NCBI GenBank assembly: GCA_963754015.1
Contig: CAVWEG010000004.1
Coordinates: forward strand, 262,455-326,454
DNA: 64,000 nucleotides
Reading direction: 5' to 3'
From: Candidatus Dormiibacterota bacterium
GTDB taxonomy: Bacteria > Chloroflexota > Dormibacteria > Aeolococcales > Aeolococcaceae
Of the stretch, positions 26,336-35,400 are shown piece by piece; position 1 is the stretch's first letter; each line of letters opens with the position of its first letter. The position numbers and the translations under genes were made by a program. The notes beneath the pieces are model-generated. The model was not told the origin of the DNA. It did no database searches and saw only the letters and a list, made by a program, of their open reading frames with translations.

Positions 26336-26738
26336 GGTGTGTCTGGGATGCTCTTATGCCGCAATGGCCTCGCACTTGTCGCGGTAAACGCGGCACATTC
26401 CGAGCACCGTCAACGGTTTACGATCGCGCACGAGATTGGGCACTTCATGTTGCATAAAGGGTGTCTACATCGACAAGACGACCCGCATCAACGAGCGTCC
26501 TTCTGGAACGCGCTCGAAGTCGGCGATGGGGATATACACTGACGAAGTCCAGGCCAATGCATTTGCCGCGGAGTTGTTGATGCCCGGCGATATGTTGGTG
26601 CGTGAGTTTACGCTGCGTCTCCGCTCCGGGTCGCGCGTGGTATCCGCAATCGTTGCATCGTTAGCTGAACGCTTCAACGTGAGTGCCCAGGCTATGGAGA
26701 TTCGCCTCAAAGTGACCGGAGCGCTCGCCCCGTACTAA
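26312..26738 (+). pseudogene. ImmA/IrrE-family metallopeptidase split by a frameshift
   Basis: ORF 26312..26542 carries FTIAHEIGHFMLH. The overlapping ORF 26436..26738, in another frame, carries EVQANAFAAELLMP and the family C-terminus. Confidence 0.6.
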
Positions 26739-26783
26739 ATCGGCGACACCTCCATAGCAGCGAGCGCATTGCGGCGCGGCGCG

Positions 26784-26981
26784 CTACCTGCCTCCGCGGC
26801 GCTGGCGCTCTGCCTCCCGCGCCGCCATGTTCTCTTGAATAACATCAGAGTCATAGAGACTCTTCCCGATCTTGGCACCCGCAATGAGTGGGCCAACGTG
26901 CGGAATGAAGCTCGCGGCTCCCCACGCAGCTTCGCCCAAATCCTGATCTTGTGCCTTTCTGGACAGCTTCCTAGGAGTCAT
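26784..26981 (-). CDS. Small hypothetical protein (65 aa)
   Basis: ORF only; short hydrophobic/glycine segment AAWGAASFIPHVGPLIAGA. Confidence 0.3.
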   Translation of the reverse strand: MTPRKLSRKAQDQDLGEAAWGAASFIPHVGPLIAGAKIGKSLYDSDVIQENMAAREAERQRRGGR

Positions 26982-27130
26982 AGCCTCTCCTTCCTTGTGA
27001 CGGACGGCGCCACTCGCATTCTAGGGTTAGCAGCGGACGCGCGCAGCTCGCCGGTACGGCGCGTGCGAGATCGCTGCCAGCCTCCACCCAAATCCTGCGC
27101 CGCAGCACGGGTGAAACCCTGTTTCATGCC

Positions 27131-27643
27131 TCACGCCGCTGTGTCGTCAGCCTCACCACTCTGCGACGCCGCTACTCCAAAGAGGAAACCACCGAGCGCC
27201 CCCACCAATCCCGCGATCGCTGGAGGGAACTCCCCTGCTGTCGGGAGTGGCAGCACCTGTTGCAGCCGATCTTCGCACCCGCTCCACGGACACCGCCGCA
27301 TGATGAATTGATCGGACGCGGTGACGACCCGTTTGCAACTGGGGCACTGACCCACCCTCACCGTCTGCAGCTGCCCCTGGATCGAGTTGGCCCATGCGCG
27401 CCAATTCCGGTCCCGCTCCTGCATGACCGCGAGGTCCTGATTCCGCTGTTGGATGAGCTGCTCCAAGTTGGCAACCGAGCGCTCATTGGCAGCGGCCTCG
27501 AGGCCACGCTCCACGAGAAACGAAAGGGCTGAGCTCAGCGTCATCCCCCGCTCAAGCGCGTACTCCTCGGCGTCCTCGCGAAGTTTCGCTGACGCTCGAA
27601 AGTACAGGCTTTCGGAGCGCGTCGCCGGATCGTTGGCGGGCAA
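27131..27643 (-). CDS. Ribbon-helix-helix-like N-terminus + coiled coil + zinc ribbon + C-terminal TM protein
   Basis: LYFRASAKLREDAEEYALERGMTLSSALSFLVERGL (RHH-like); CPSC...CPWSGC; GEFPPAIAGLVGALGGFLFGVAA (TM). Confidence 0.6.
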   Translation of the reverse strand: MPANDPATRSESLYFRASAKLREDAEEYALERGMTLSSALSFLVERGLEAAANERSVANLEQLIQQRNQDLAVMQERDRNWRAWANSIQGQLQTVRVGQCPSCKRVVTASDQFIMRRCPWSGCEDRLQQVLPLPTAGEFPPAIAGLVGALGGFLFGVAASQSGEADDTAA

Positions 27644-28038
27644 CGCCTACGATCCCAGGAGCCGAGCGAAAAATCCCTTTTTCTTGGGTCCTCGTGGCTT
27701 GCCGACGTCACTGCGCTTGCGCCGCCAACCACCCGATTTGGTCCGAGATCGCGGTTCCTTGCCGACATGAGGGATACGTCCTCCAGCTCGACGATCTGCT
27801 GGCATCGCATGGCCTCCATATGGTCAATTTGGTGGCGTTGGTGTGGACTGTACCAGATTCTCTGGCAATTGTGTCAGATTATCGATACGAATCGATACAT
27901 TCACCGGTTAAAGCTATTCGTAACCCAGCGAGCTAGGGAACGACAGCAGTCGTAGCTCCCCCGGTTGTTGCGGCGACGTCCGAGAGGACCAAAGGGGGCC
28001 CATCGGAGGGGACATTAGAAGGGACATCAGGCGCGCCG

Positions 28039-28054
28039 TTCGATTGTCGACTGT
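28039..28054. promoter_or_regulatory. 16-bp palindromic motif, site 4 (TTCGATTGTCGACTGT)
   Basis: 13/16 match; 28 bp upstream of the Fic gene ATG, with a TATATT box at 28067-28072. Confidence 0.4.
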
Positions 28055-28081
28055 CTTGTTTTTGAGTATATTTGGTGAGTT

Positions 28082-29356
28082 ATGACCGAGACATTACTAG
28101 GGACATCTGAGAGGACATGCGAAGGGACCTTTCAGGGGACCCTCCGTCTGAAACCAGAACTCACATGCCTCGAGACCCACCCGTGGCTGACGTTCGTTCT
28201 CGACCTGAGTAAGGCGCAGTACCCGCTCTGGCTGGGTCTAGGAGAAGCCCGTTCAAAGATCGAACACATTGCCGGCGTTCCCATTCAGCCGGAATTCGCC
28301 GAGCGGCTCCACGAGGTGTTTCTAGCCAAGGGGGCCCAGGCAACGACAGCAATCGAAGGAAACACGCTCTCCGAGGAGCAGGTCCTCGAGCAGGTGCAGG
28401 GGCGCCTGACTGTCCCCCCTTCACAGGAGTACCTCAAGCAGGAGGTCAAGAATATCCTAGACGCGCTGAACCTAGTAGCGAAGCAGACAGTGCAGTCGCA
28501 TCGCTCAGCGGAGGTGCGGCTCTCCCCTGACCGGATCAAGGAATTCAATCGCCTGGTGCTCCGGGATTTGCCCCTGAACGACCCGGATATCGTTCCAGGC
28601 GAATACCGCGGGGACCGCCGAGTTGTCGGCATGTACCGGACGCCACCGCCCGGGGAGTGCGCACCCCTCATGGAGCTCTACTGTGACTGGCTGAACGGCG
28701 ACGATTTTCACACGGTGTCGGGCGATCTGGACCCTGTATCCATCGCGATTCTCAAGGCCGTAATCGCGCATATCTACTTCGTCTGGATCCACCCTTTCGG
28801 CGATGGGAACGGCCGAGCCGCGCGATTGATCGAATTCCAAATCTTGCTGGAAGCTGGCGTACCCCAACCGGCCGCTCACCTCTTGAGCAATCACTACAAC
28901 CAGACACGTGCCGAGTACTACCGGCAACTGAGCGCTGCCAGTGTGTCCGGGGGAAATATCGTGCCGTTTCTCACGTACGCTGTCGGCGGCCTCGTCGATC
29001 AACTGAAGGGCCAGATCGCTTGGATCCGCGAACAGCAAATGAAGGTGACCTGGGTCAACTACGTTCATGAGCAGTTTGCGAATGACTCGACGACAACAGC
29101 GGTACGTCGTAGGAAGCTCGTGCTTGCCTTGACCGAGCGTGATAAGCCGATGCCGCGAGGTTCGCTGCGCAAGCTGACGCCTCAGCTCACCGAGCTGTAC
29201 GTCGGAAAGACAGTCAAGACACTCGCTCGTGACTTGAATGTTCTGCTCGATGACTCGCTGATCGTCCGCGAGCGCGGCGGATATCGTGCCCATCGAGAGA
29301 TCGTCGCCGGTCTACTTCCGACCCGCCGCCGGGGGCAAGGTACACAGATCAGTTAG
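28082..29356 (+). CDS. Fic/DOC family protein
   Basis: HPFGDGNGRAARL is the canonical Fic motif HxFx(D/E)GNGRxxR; probable C-terminal winged-helix-like region. Confidence 0.9.
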   Translation: MTETLLGTSERTCEGTFQGTLRLKPELTCLETHPWLTFVLDLSKAQYPLWLGLGEARSKIEHIAGVPIQPEFAERLHEVFLAKGAQATTAIEGNTLSEEQVLEQVQGRLTVPPSQEYLKQEVKNILDALNLVAKQTVQSHRSAEVRLSPDRIKEFNRLVLRDLPLNDPDIVPGEYRGDRRVVGMYRTPPPGECAPLMELYCDWLNGDDFHTVSGDLDPVSIAILKAVIAHIYFVWIHPFGDGNGRAARLIEFQILLEAGVPQPAAHLLSNHYNQTRAEYYRQLSAASVSGGNIVPFLTYAVGGLVDQLKGQIAWIREQQMKVTWVNYVHEQFANDSTTTAVRRRKLVLALTERDKPMPRGSLRKLTPQLTELYVGKTVKTLARDLNVLLDDSLIVRERGGYRAHREIVAGLLPTRRRGQGTQIS

Positions 29357-29757
29357 GGCGAGCAGGAAGGAGTTGGCGCGAATGTGAGTCGGTTCATTTC
29401 ACTTGTTGCATTACGTCGGACCGGACCTGGGAAAGGGAATACGAGCTTCAAGGTCTTCCTTCTGTAGTCGGGTCGACGCGGCGTCCACGAAGGGGCCGCA
29501 AGTCGGCATAGCGGGCTTCTCTCGCTTTGCCTAATCGGAACAGTTGCGCGCCGCGCGGAGGCAGTTATCTATGATGGATATGCCTCCTCACGCCGGTTGC
29601 GGCGCTTCTCTTTCCCCGCGATCAACTGCCGACGGAAAAACACGACTGCGCCAGCCACCGGTCACCGCTTCGTGCGCGCGGTGTCGCCTCTGGCCGGGTC
29701 GCCTGCTGCGGACCGGCGCGAAACGCTTGCTTCGACGTGTGCAGACCTGCACTCACG

Positions 29758-30351
29758 TCACGGCGGATTCGACCACTCCCGAATCCGTATCGAGTGATGA
29801 CAGTGTGCCCCTGCTGGAATGACAATCTCCGCAGACGGGTCGTGATACCTTCGATGCCCATCGAGAATCTCACGGCAGCTGATGCCAGGCCCTTCAAGGT
29901 GCGTGCATGAGCGGCGCGGCCTCGCAGCGTCTCCAGCCCGGTACACCTCACACGTTGCGATGCCTTGCTCAAGCGCAAGACCTGCCACCGCCATCGTGTA
30001 CGCGGTGCTGAACTCCGTGTAGCAGAGCTTCCTCGCGGCGTCCGGCACGTTGATGGGGTGCAAGTACGGCCCACTCTTTCCCATCTGCCTTCGGTTCGGG
30101 TTCCACTGCCGACGGTCGTTCATCGTCGTCGCAAGCCATCCCATATCCCGCTCACCCAACGCAACCGGCATCGCCTCGAGGAAGTGATCCCATCCTGCCA
30201 CCGTCAGATCGCGCCCATACGGCCACTCCGTTTTCGACGCTCGGTCTTTGACGAGACCTTCGAGCTCTGCGCTCCAGTCCGCGAGCATTCGCGCGCGAAC
30301 ACCCTCTCGTTCGAGATGATCGAGGCGAAGCGGTGGATGCACGCGAGGCAC
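29758..30351 (-). CDS. Hypothetical protein (197 aa)
   Basis: Clean ORF with plausible composition; no family recognised. Confidence 0.5.
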   Translation of the reverse strand: MPRVHPPLRLDHLEREGVRARMLADWSAELEGLVKDRASKTEWPYGRDLTVAGWDHFLEAMPVALGERDMGWLATTMNDRRQWNPNRRQMGKSGPYLHPINVPDAARKLCYTEFSTAYTMAVAGLALEQGIATCEVYRAGDAARPRRSCTHLEGPGISCREILDGHRRYHDPSAEIVIPAGAHCHHSIRIREWSNPP

Positions 30352-30400
30352 GAAGTCGATTCTCTAAGCGTGATGAGGCTTTTGATCCAAATCCGCCGAC

Positions 30401-30567
30401 CTAGCTGACGTACTCCCAGGTACATCCCTTCGGATGGCTCTCATGCCAGTTGTCGCACGGTGGGAATGTCTCGCCCTTCTTGACGTTCTTCTGCGTCCCT
30501 GCTACTGCGTGCACTGCACCCGGCCGTCCTTCGGCACGGTATCTCCAGGCTTGTACTGGTCCGCCAT
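30401..30567 (-). pseudogene. Small Cys-containing protein gene interrupted by a frameshift
   Basis: GGAGGG 7-8 nt upstream of ATG 30567. Frame 1 reads MADQYKPGDTVPKDGRVQCTQ then a stop. Frame 3 continues AGTQKNVKKGETFPPCDNWHESHPKGCTWEYVS then a stop at 30401. Confidence 0.35.
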
Positions 30568-30710
30568 GGCTCGCCCTCCTGAATATCCGCCGGGAAAGCC
30601 CCCGACGCGCATCAGGATAGCGAGCGGGGGCACCTGCCGCGGCTGTCAGCCCGGAGACGAAAGTTGATCCTCACCAAACATCTGTACGGAGTAGACTAAG
30701 CGGGAGTCCG

Positions 30711-32099
30711 ATGAATCCTTTACCTCCGCCGGCTGAAGGGCTATTAAGGTCCAGCAACCTCTCCGACGACGCCATCCCACGCACACCGCTCGGCACGACG
30801 CCGCCGCCGCGGCTCCGCCCAGGTCAATTCCCGCCTTCGTCTTTCGGGACCATCGACACCGGGCCACTACGCCACGACCTCTTCCGCCTCATTCGCAGGC
30901 ACCCCGAGCGAACTCGGCTTTGGCAGGCGCTCCATCTCAGCGCCGCCCGTGTCTTCACGGCTCCCAACGTGATCGCCGAGATGGACCGCGACCTGCCGAT
31001 GCATGCTGCGAAGGCAAACGTCGAGCTCGAAGTGGCTCGGACCCAATGGGAAACCCAATACCGACCGTGGCTCCGTGTCGTCGACGTATCCGACCTCGTT
31101 CCCGAAGTCGGGGACCACCCAGACGTACTCGCCGTGTACGCCCGGGGCAGCGACGGCCCTCTCGCCTTGCTGTCCGCCCTCCTTGGGGTCAGAGCATGGA
31201 CCGAAGACAAGGATCTCGGTGTCCTTGGAATCGGTCGGGAGCTCTGGCTTTCGCATGCCGTCGCCACCGTTGACGAGGCGCAGCTCTCTTCGGTCGGTGC
31301 CGTCGCATACATCGCTACCGCAAAGTCGATTGAAGTCACCGCGTCTCAGGCCGTCGCCCTCTACCGCAAGGCAGAGCTCACGATTGGCCGGCCCGCCACG
31401 CTCCTGCTGAGTGCGCTACTCGCGCTTGGCGCCGTGTGGTACCTGTGGGATGACGATCGGCGCAAGCTCGTGCTCGATTCCCATGTGATGCGTGGTCTTG
31501 GCTCAGCGACCGGCTCTTTGATGACAGTCGCCGTTGACATGCACACCCGTCACGAGGCAGCCAATGGGTTCCTGCAGCAACACCTCCGTGATGACCCTCG
31601 CCCTCCAACCATCCATATGCGCTTGGCGCGTGTTCTTGCGGGCGCGCGTCACCCACTAGCAGTCGAAGAAATCGCCCAGCAAGCATCGGTTAGCGCGGCG
31701 GTGGCGAGTGCCGTCCTCAACAATCACACTGCGTTCGTCAGCGATCCGTATGGTCGTTGGGAGCTTGGCTCGCTACTGACTCCCCGAGTGGAGGAGCCGC
31801 CACATTCCTGGACACAGGTCACTCAATTAAAGAGCCTCGCCCGCGCGAGTCTCGAGAGAACGTCGCTGCACGTAGGTTCCATCGGTCTACAGTACGAGGT
31901 CGACGACGTTGCTTGTCATGCCCTATTGATTCGTATGACTCAGACTGCGTCAGCAACAATCCGACGCGGTCGCGGTGAATTCGTCATTAGGGTGCGACCA
32001 TCAAACCCGACGTCCACTTCGATGACTGCGTCGGAATGTTGTCGTGGCCGAATCCCCTTCGGCGCGCCGGTCGCCTCGACGACGTTCTCGATGCTGTGA
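30711..32099 (+). CDS. Hypothetical protein with PIN-like N-domain, TM segment and winged-helix-like C-region
   Basis: FGTIDTGPL...NVIAEMDRDL...AWTEDKDL suggests PIN acidic positions; LLLSALLALGAVWYLW is a TM segment; PLAVEEIAQQASVSAAVASAVLNNHTAFV is wHTH-like. All from pattern only. Confidence 0.5.
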   Translation: MNPLPPPAEGLLRSSNLSDDAIPRTPLGTTPPPRLRPGQFPPSSFGTIDTGPLRHDLFRLIRRHPERTRLWQALHLSAARVFTAPNVIAEMDRDLPMHAAKANVELEVARTQWETQYRPWLRVVDVSDLVPEVGDHPDVLAVYARGSDGPLALLSALLGVRAWTEDKDLGVLGIGRELWLSHAVATVDEAQLSSVGAVAYIATAKSIEVTASQAVALYRKAELTIGRPATLLLSALLALGAVWYLWDDDRRKLVLDSHVMRGLGSATGSLMTVAVDMHTRHEAANGFLQQHLRDDPRPPTIHMRLARVLAGARHPLAVEEIAQQASVSAAVASAVLNNHTAFVSDPYGRWELGSLLTPRVEEPPHSWTQVTQLKSLARASLERTSLHVGSIGLQYEVDDVACHALLIRMTQTASATIRRGRGEFVIRVRPSNPTSTSMTASECCRGRIPFGAPVASTTFSML

Positions 32100-32174
32100 G
32101 CACCTTGAAACCACTTGATGGATGATTGTTCAGGCCCCCTCAGATGGCGGGCTTGATCTTGGTCCTCCGGCTAG

Positions 32175-32405
32175 TCATGACCCCGTCAGCGGCGGCGCTG
32201 CTGAGATCAATAGTTCTGGTGGTAGCAGTTTCAGAGCACCCACAACCTCGATTCCAATCAACCTGCCGTTTGCGTCGAAGTCCAGATTCAGCATACCGCC
32301 AATCTTTTTAGGATGACACTTATATGTCGACTTGGCGTCACCCGGGCCGATATGCACCAGGGCGATGTATGCCGCGTCTACGGACGGGTCATAGGTAACC
32401 TTCAC
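32175..32405 (-). CDS. DUF2283-like small protein; predicted immunity/antitoxin for the Rhs C-terminal toxin
   Basis: MKVTYDPSVDAAYIALV...GRLIGIEV matches the DUF2283 signature. GTG start lies 1 nt after the Rhs stop. Confidence 0.8.
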   Translation of the reverse strand: MKVTYDPSVDAAYIALVHIGPGDAKSTYKCHPKKIGGMLNLDFDANGRLIGIEVVGALKLLPPELLISAAPPLTGS

Positions 32406-32406
32406 C

Positions 32407-35400
32407 CTATCCTCCTCCGATGAGCCAGCGAATATACGCTCGAGTCACATCGGCGATCACCGTGACAACAGTCCCTCCAGGGACCTTTCCGACAAAAATA
32501 CCCGAACGCGAATCAAAGTAGCCTGTCCTCAACTCGCCGCTGGCCGGATCATTATATGCAAATGGAGTGCGTGTCATGGCTGCGTCCACCTGAGCTTGAC
32601 TAATGCCTCGGTCGGCCATTTGCTGCGCCGCATGTGACGAGAGATCACATTCGGTGTCGTTGTGGACAAGAACATCGGAGCCGGCAATCCCGATGAAAAA
32701 GTCGTGATCTCTGTTAACTGTGAGGTCATACATCCACCCAGTCCCCGCCACAGACGTGAGTTGCACGACCGTCGCTAGCTGACCATTTGCGGTGAGTAAC
32801 TGGTCACCGATACGAAGATTGAACGCCGGCGTCCAGCTATGCGATGTGACATCCCAGAAGAGGTGATTGGCGGTGGAGTGCACCGTTGACCGCGCCGTTG
32901 TCGTGAGCACCGTGATGTCCATCAGATCGGCATCATCGTGAAGCCATAGAGCCGTGACGGTTTCAGACTGGATCTTCCCAGTCGCAGGATCGGTGGCCAT
33001 GACCTGGTCACCGGCCAACACTTGGCTGATAGGGATCGTGCTGCCGTCCGCCAGGAGCACCTCCGTGCCAGCCGAGAAACTCTCTCCGCCGCACATCGTC
33101 GGAGTGCCAGCGTCGTCACCGATATCTCCAGCTTCCCCGTCGGCTGAGGTCAGGGCATCCCAAGCTGCCGTAGCTCCCTCGTCGGCCGGCAAAAGGGCGT
33201 CAATAGCCGCCCCCACCCACTCGAACAACTCGGCACCTACGAAGCCCTCAGCACAAGCCACCGCCGCATTGACAAATGCGTCGCCCCAGTTGACCTTCCG
33301 TCCGCTCAGCACGTCGGCGATATCCGGGACAAGGCTAATTACAGCACCGACCGCACATCCCTCGAGAAGGAATTGTCCCGTCGGATCCGTGATGTCCACA
33401 GGGTCGCCCGCGGCATACGAGTACAGATCAGTACTTCTGCCGTTGAACCCGAGCGGGTCCTGGCTAATGAAACGAGCCTCGGATGGGCTGTAATACCGAG
33501 CTTGGTCGTAGTCCAACCCAGTGCCGTCATTCTGCTGCCCGACAAACTCGAATGGATTCGCACTGCTCGTTCCGTTCGTCGACGCGTTGCCATATGGATC
33601 GTAGGTGTACGTGGTCGGCACCGCCCCCGACGAGTTCCCCAACCCCACCGTGGTCCCCAACGAATCAGTCAGCAGTGACGACGTCCCGGTGCCGTCGGTG
33701 CGGGAGAATACCTCGTCGAGCCCTTGTCCGGTGAGCGTGCTGGCGGTCACGGTCCCTCCAACCAGGTTCTCGAGCACATTGCCGCCGTCCGTCAGGTAAT
33801 CCGTGGTCAAACCGCCTACAGTCGACGACTGACGTACTCCGAACGGGTCATAGCTGTACGTCGCATTGCTTACTCCGCTTATACCCGTCAGCTGTCCCCG
33901 ATCGTTCCAGCTGTACGTGTTGCTCGGATCGCTGGTCAGATTTCCATCGTTGTTGTAGTGCAGCGTCGATCCGTTCTGACTCGCGAGCTCGTTGTCAGCG
34001 TTATACGTCCACGTCGATGTCGTCGCCGTCGGCAGTGCGACCTGCGAGAGTGTCCCGCCGACGGAGGTACGTTGCCCATCCCCGTCGTACCCATACGTCA
34101 ATGTGCCCACCGTGGTCGAGCCCGATGTGTCGGTTATGCCGGTCACCTGGCTGGCAGCGTCGTAGCCGTACGTCTCAACAATTCCGTCAGGCAGTGTGAC
34201 CGTGCTGGGGCGCAGGTCCGCGTCTGGCACGATGCTAACACTCTGCGAACTGGTGCTTTCACCTGTCAGCGCCCCGGCGGCGTCGTAGCCGTACGTAACC
34301 ATTGAGCCGCTTGATGGTGTCATCGTGTGTCGGTTACCGTCCGCGTCATACGCGTAAGCGACCGATCCTTCGGGACCGCTATCAGAGGTGAGGCGATCGA
34401 ACCTGTCGTATCCGAGAGTGTAGGTGCCTGACGCTGAGTCCACGATTCCGGTGAGCCTGTTCCCTAGGTCATAGCTGTCACTGATCTTCGATTGCTGCGT
34501 TGTAGGTCCCGTAACTCCATAGCGAGCCGTCGCCAGGCGGTTCATCGGGTCATAGGTGAACTTGTCCACCGCCCCGTTCCCGTCCGTGACCTGCACAATG
34601 TTGCCGAGACCGTCATACACGTACGAAGTCGTGTTCGTCAGCGCGTCCGCAACGCTCCCTGCCTGATCCATGTCGTTCGGGCTCACGGTGGTCAGGTTGG
34701 TGTCTGGGTCTTCGACTAAGGTGACGTCGCCGTTAGGATTGTAGGTGTACTGCGTGGTGTCGCCCAACGCGTCTTCCACCGCGGTGACTTGGTTCATCGC
34801 ATCGACGGTGTACTGCGTGGTATTCCCATCGGGGTCCGTCGACTGCAGAACTCGCCCGCCGGCATCAACGTACTGCGTGGATACATTGCCGTCCGGATCG
34901 GCTACCGCCACCAAGTCGCCGTTGAGATAGCTGTAGTAGGTCACATTCCCAAGCGGATCCGTGACCGAGGTCGGCTCACCGTTCTGGGTGGTAGTGATCG
35001 TCTGGTTCCCGAGCGCATCAGTCGCGGTGATGACGCCGACTCCGCCACTGTCGTCTTGGTACCCAATGGTGCTGGTGTTGGTCAGCGGGTCTTCGACTGA
35101 TGCGAGTTGGTGGGATATGGGTTCGTACGTGAAGGTAGTCGTCTCGGCCGACGCGGTTCCGTACATCATCGTGATGGTCAGGACACCTCCATACGCGTCG
35201 TACGTGTAGTGCGCGTCACGACCCAACTGGTCGACGGCGTCGGTGACCTGATGCGTGGTCCCGTCCAACGTATATGTCGTTTCCTCTTGATCGGCAGTGC
35301 CCGATGCATCGGTGGTTGAGGTGAGATGTCCAGAGCTATCGAATGTCGAGACGCTTACATTGCTGTCTGGATCCGTCACAGTGGTCGCAGTGACGCTCGA

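Noticed and set aside
32659-33093. The Hint domain as a bona fide self-splicing intein or mobile intein insertion
   Set aside because: It sits at the pre-toxin position typical of PT-HINT domains in polymorphic toxins. No homing-endonuclease insert is present. The downstream segment is a variable toxin tip rather than the continuation of a host protein.
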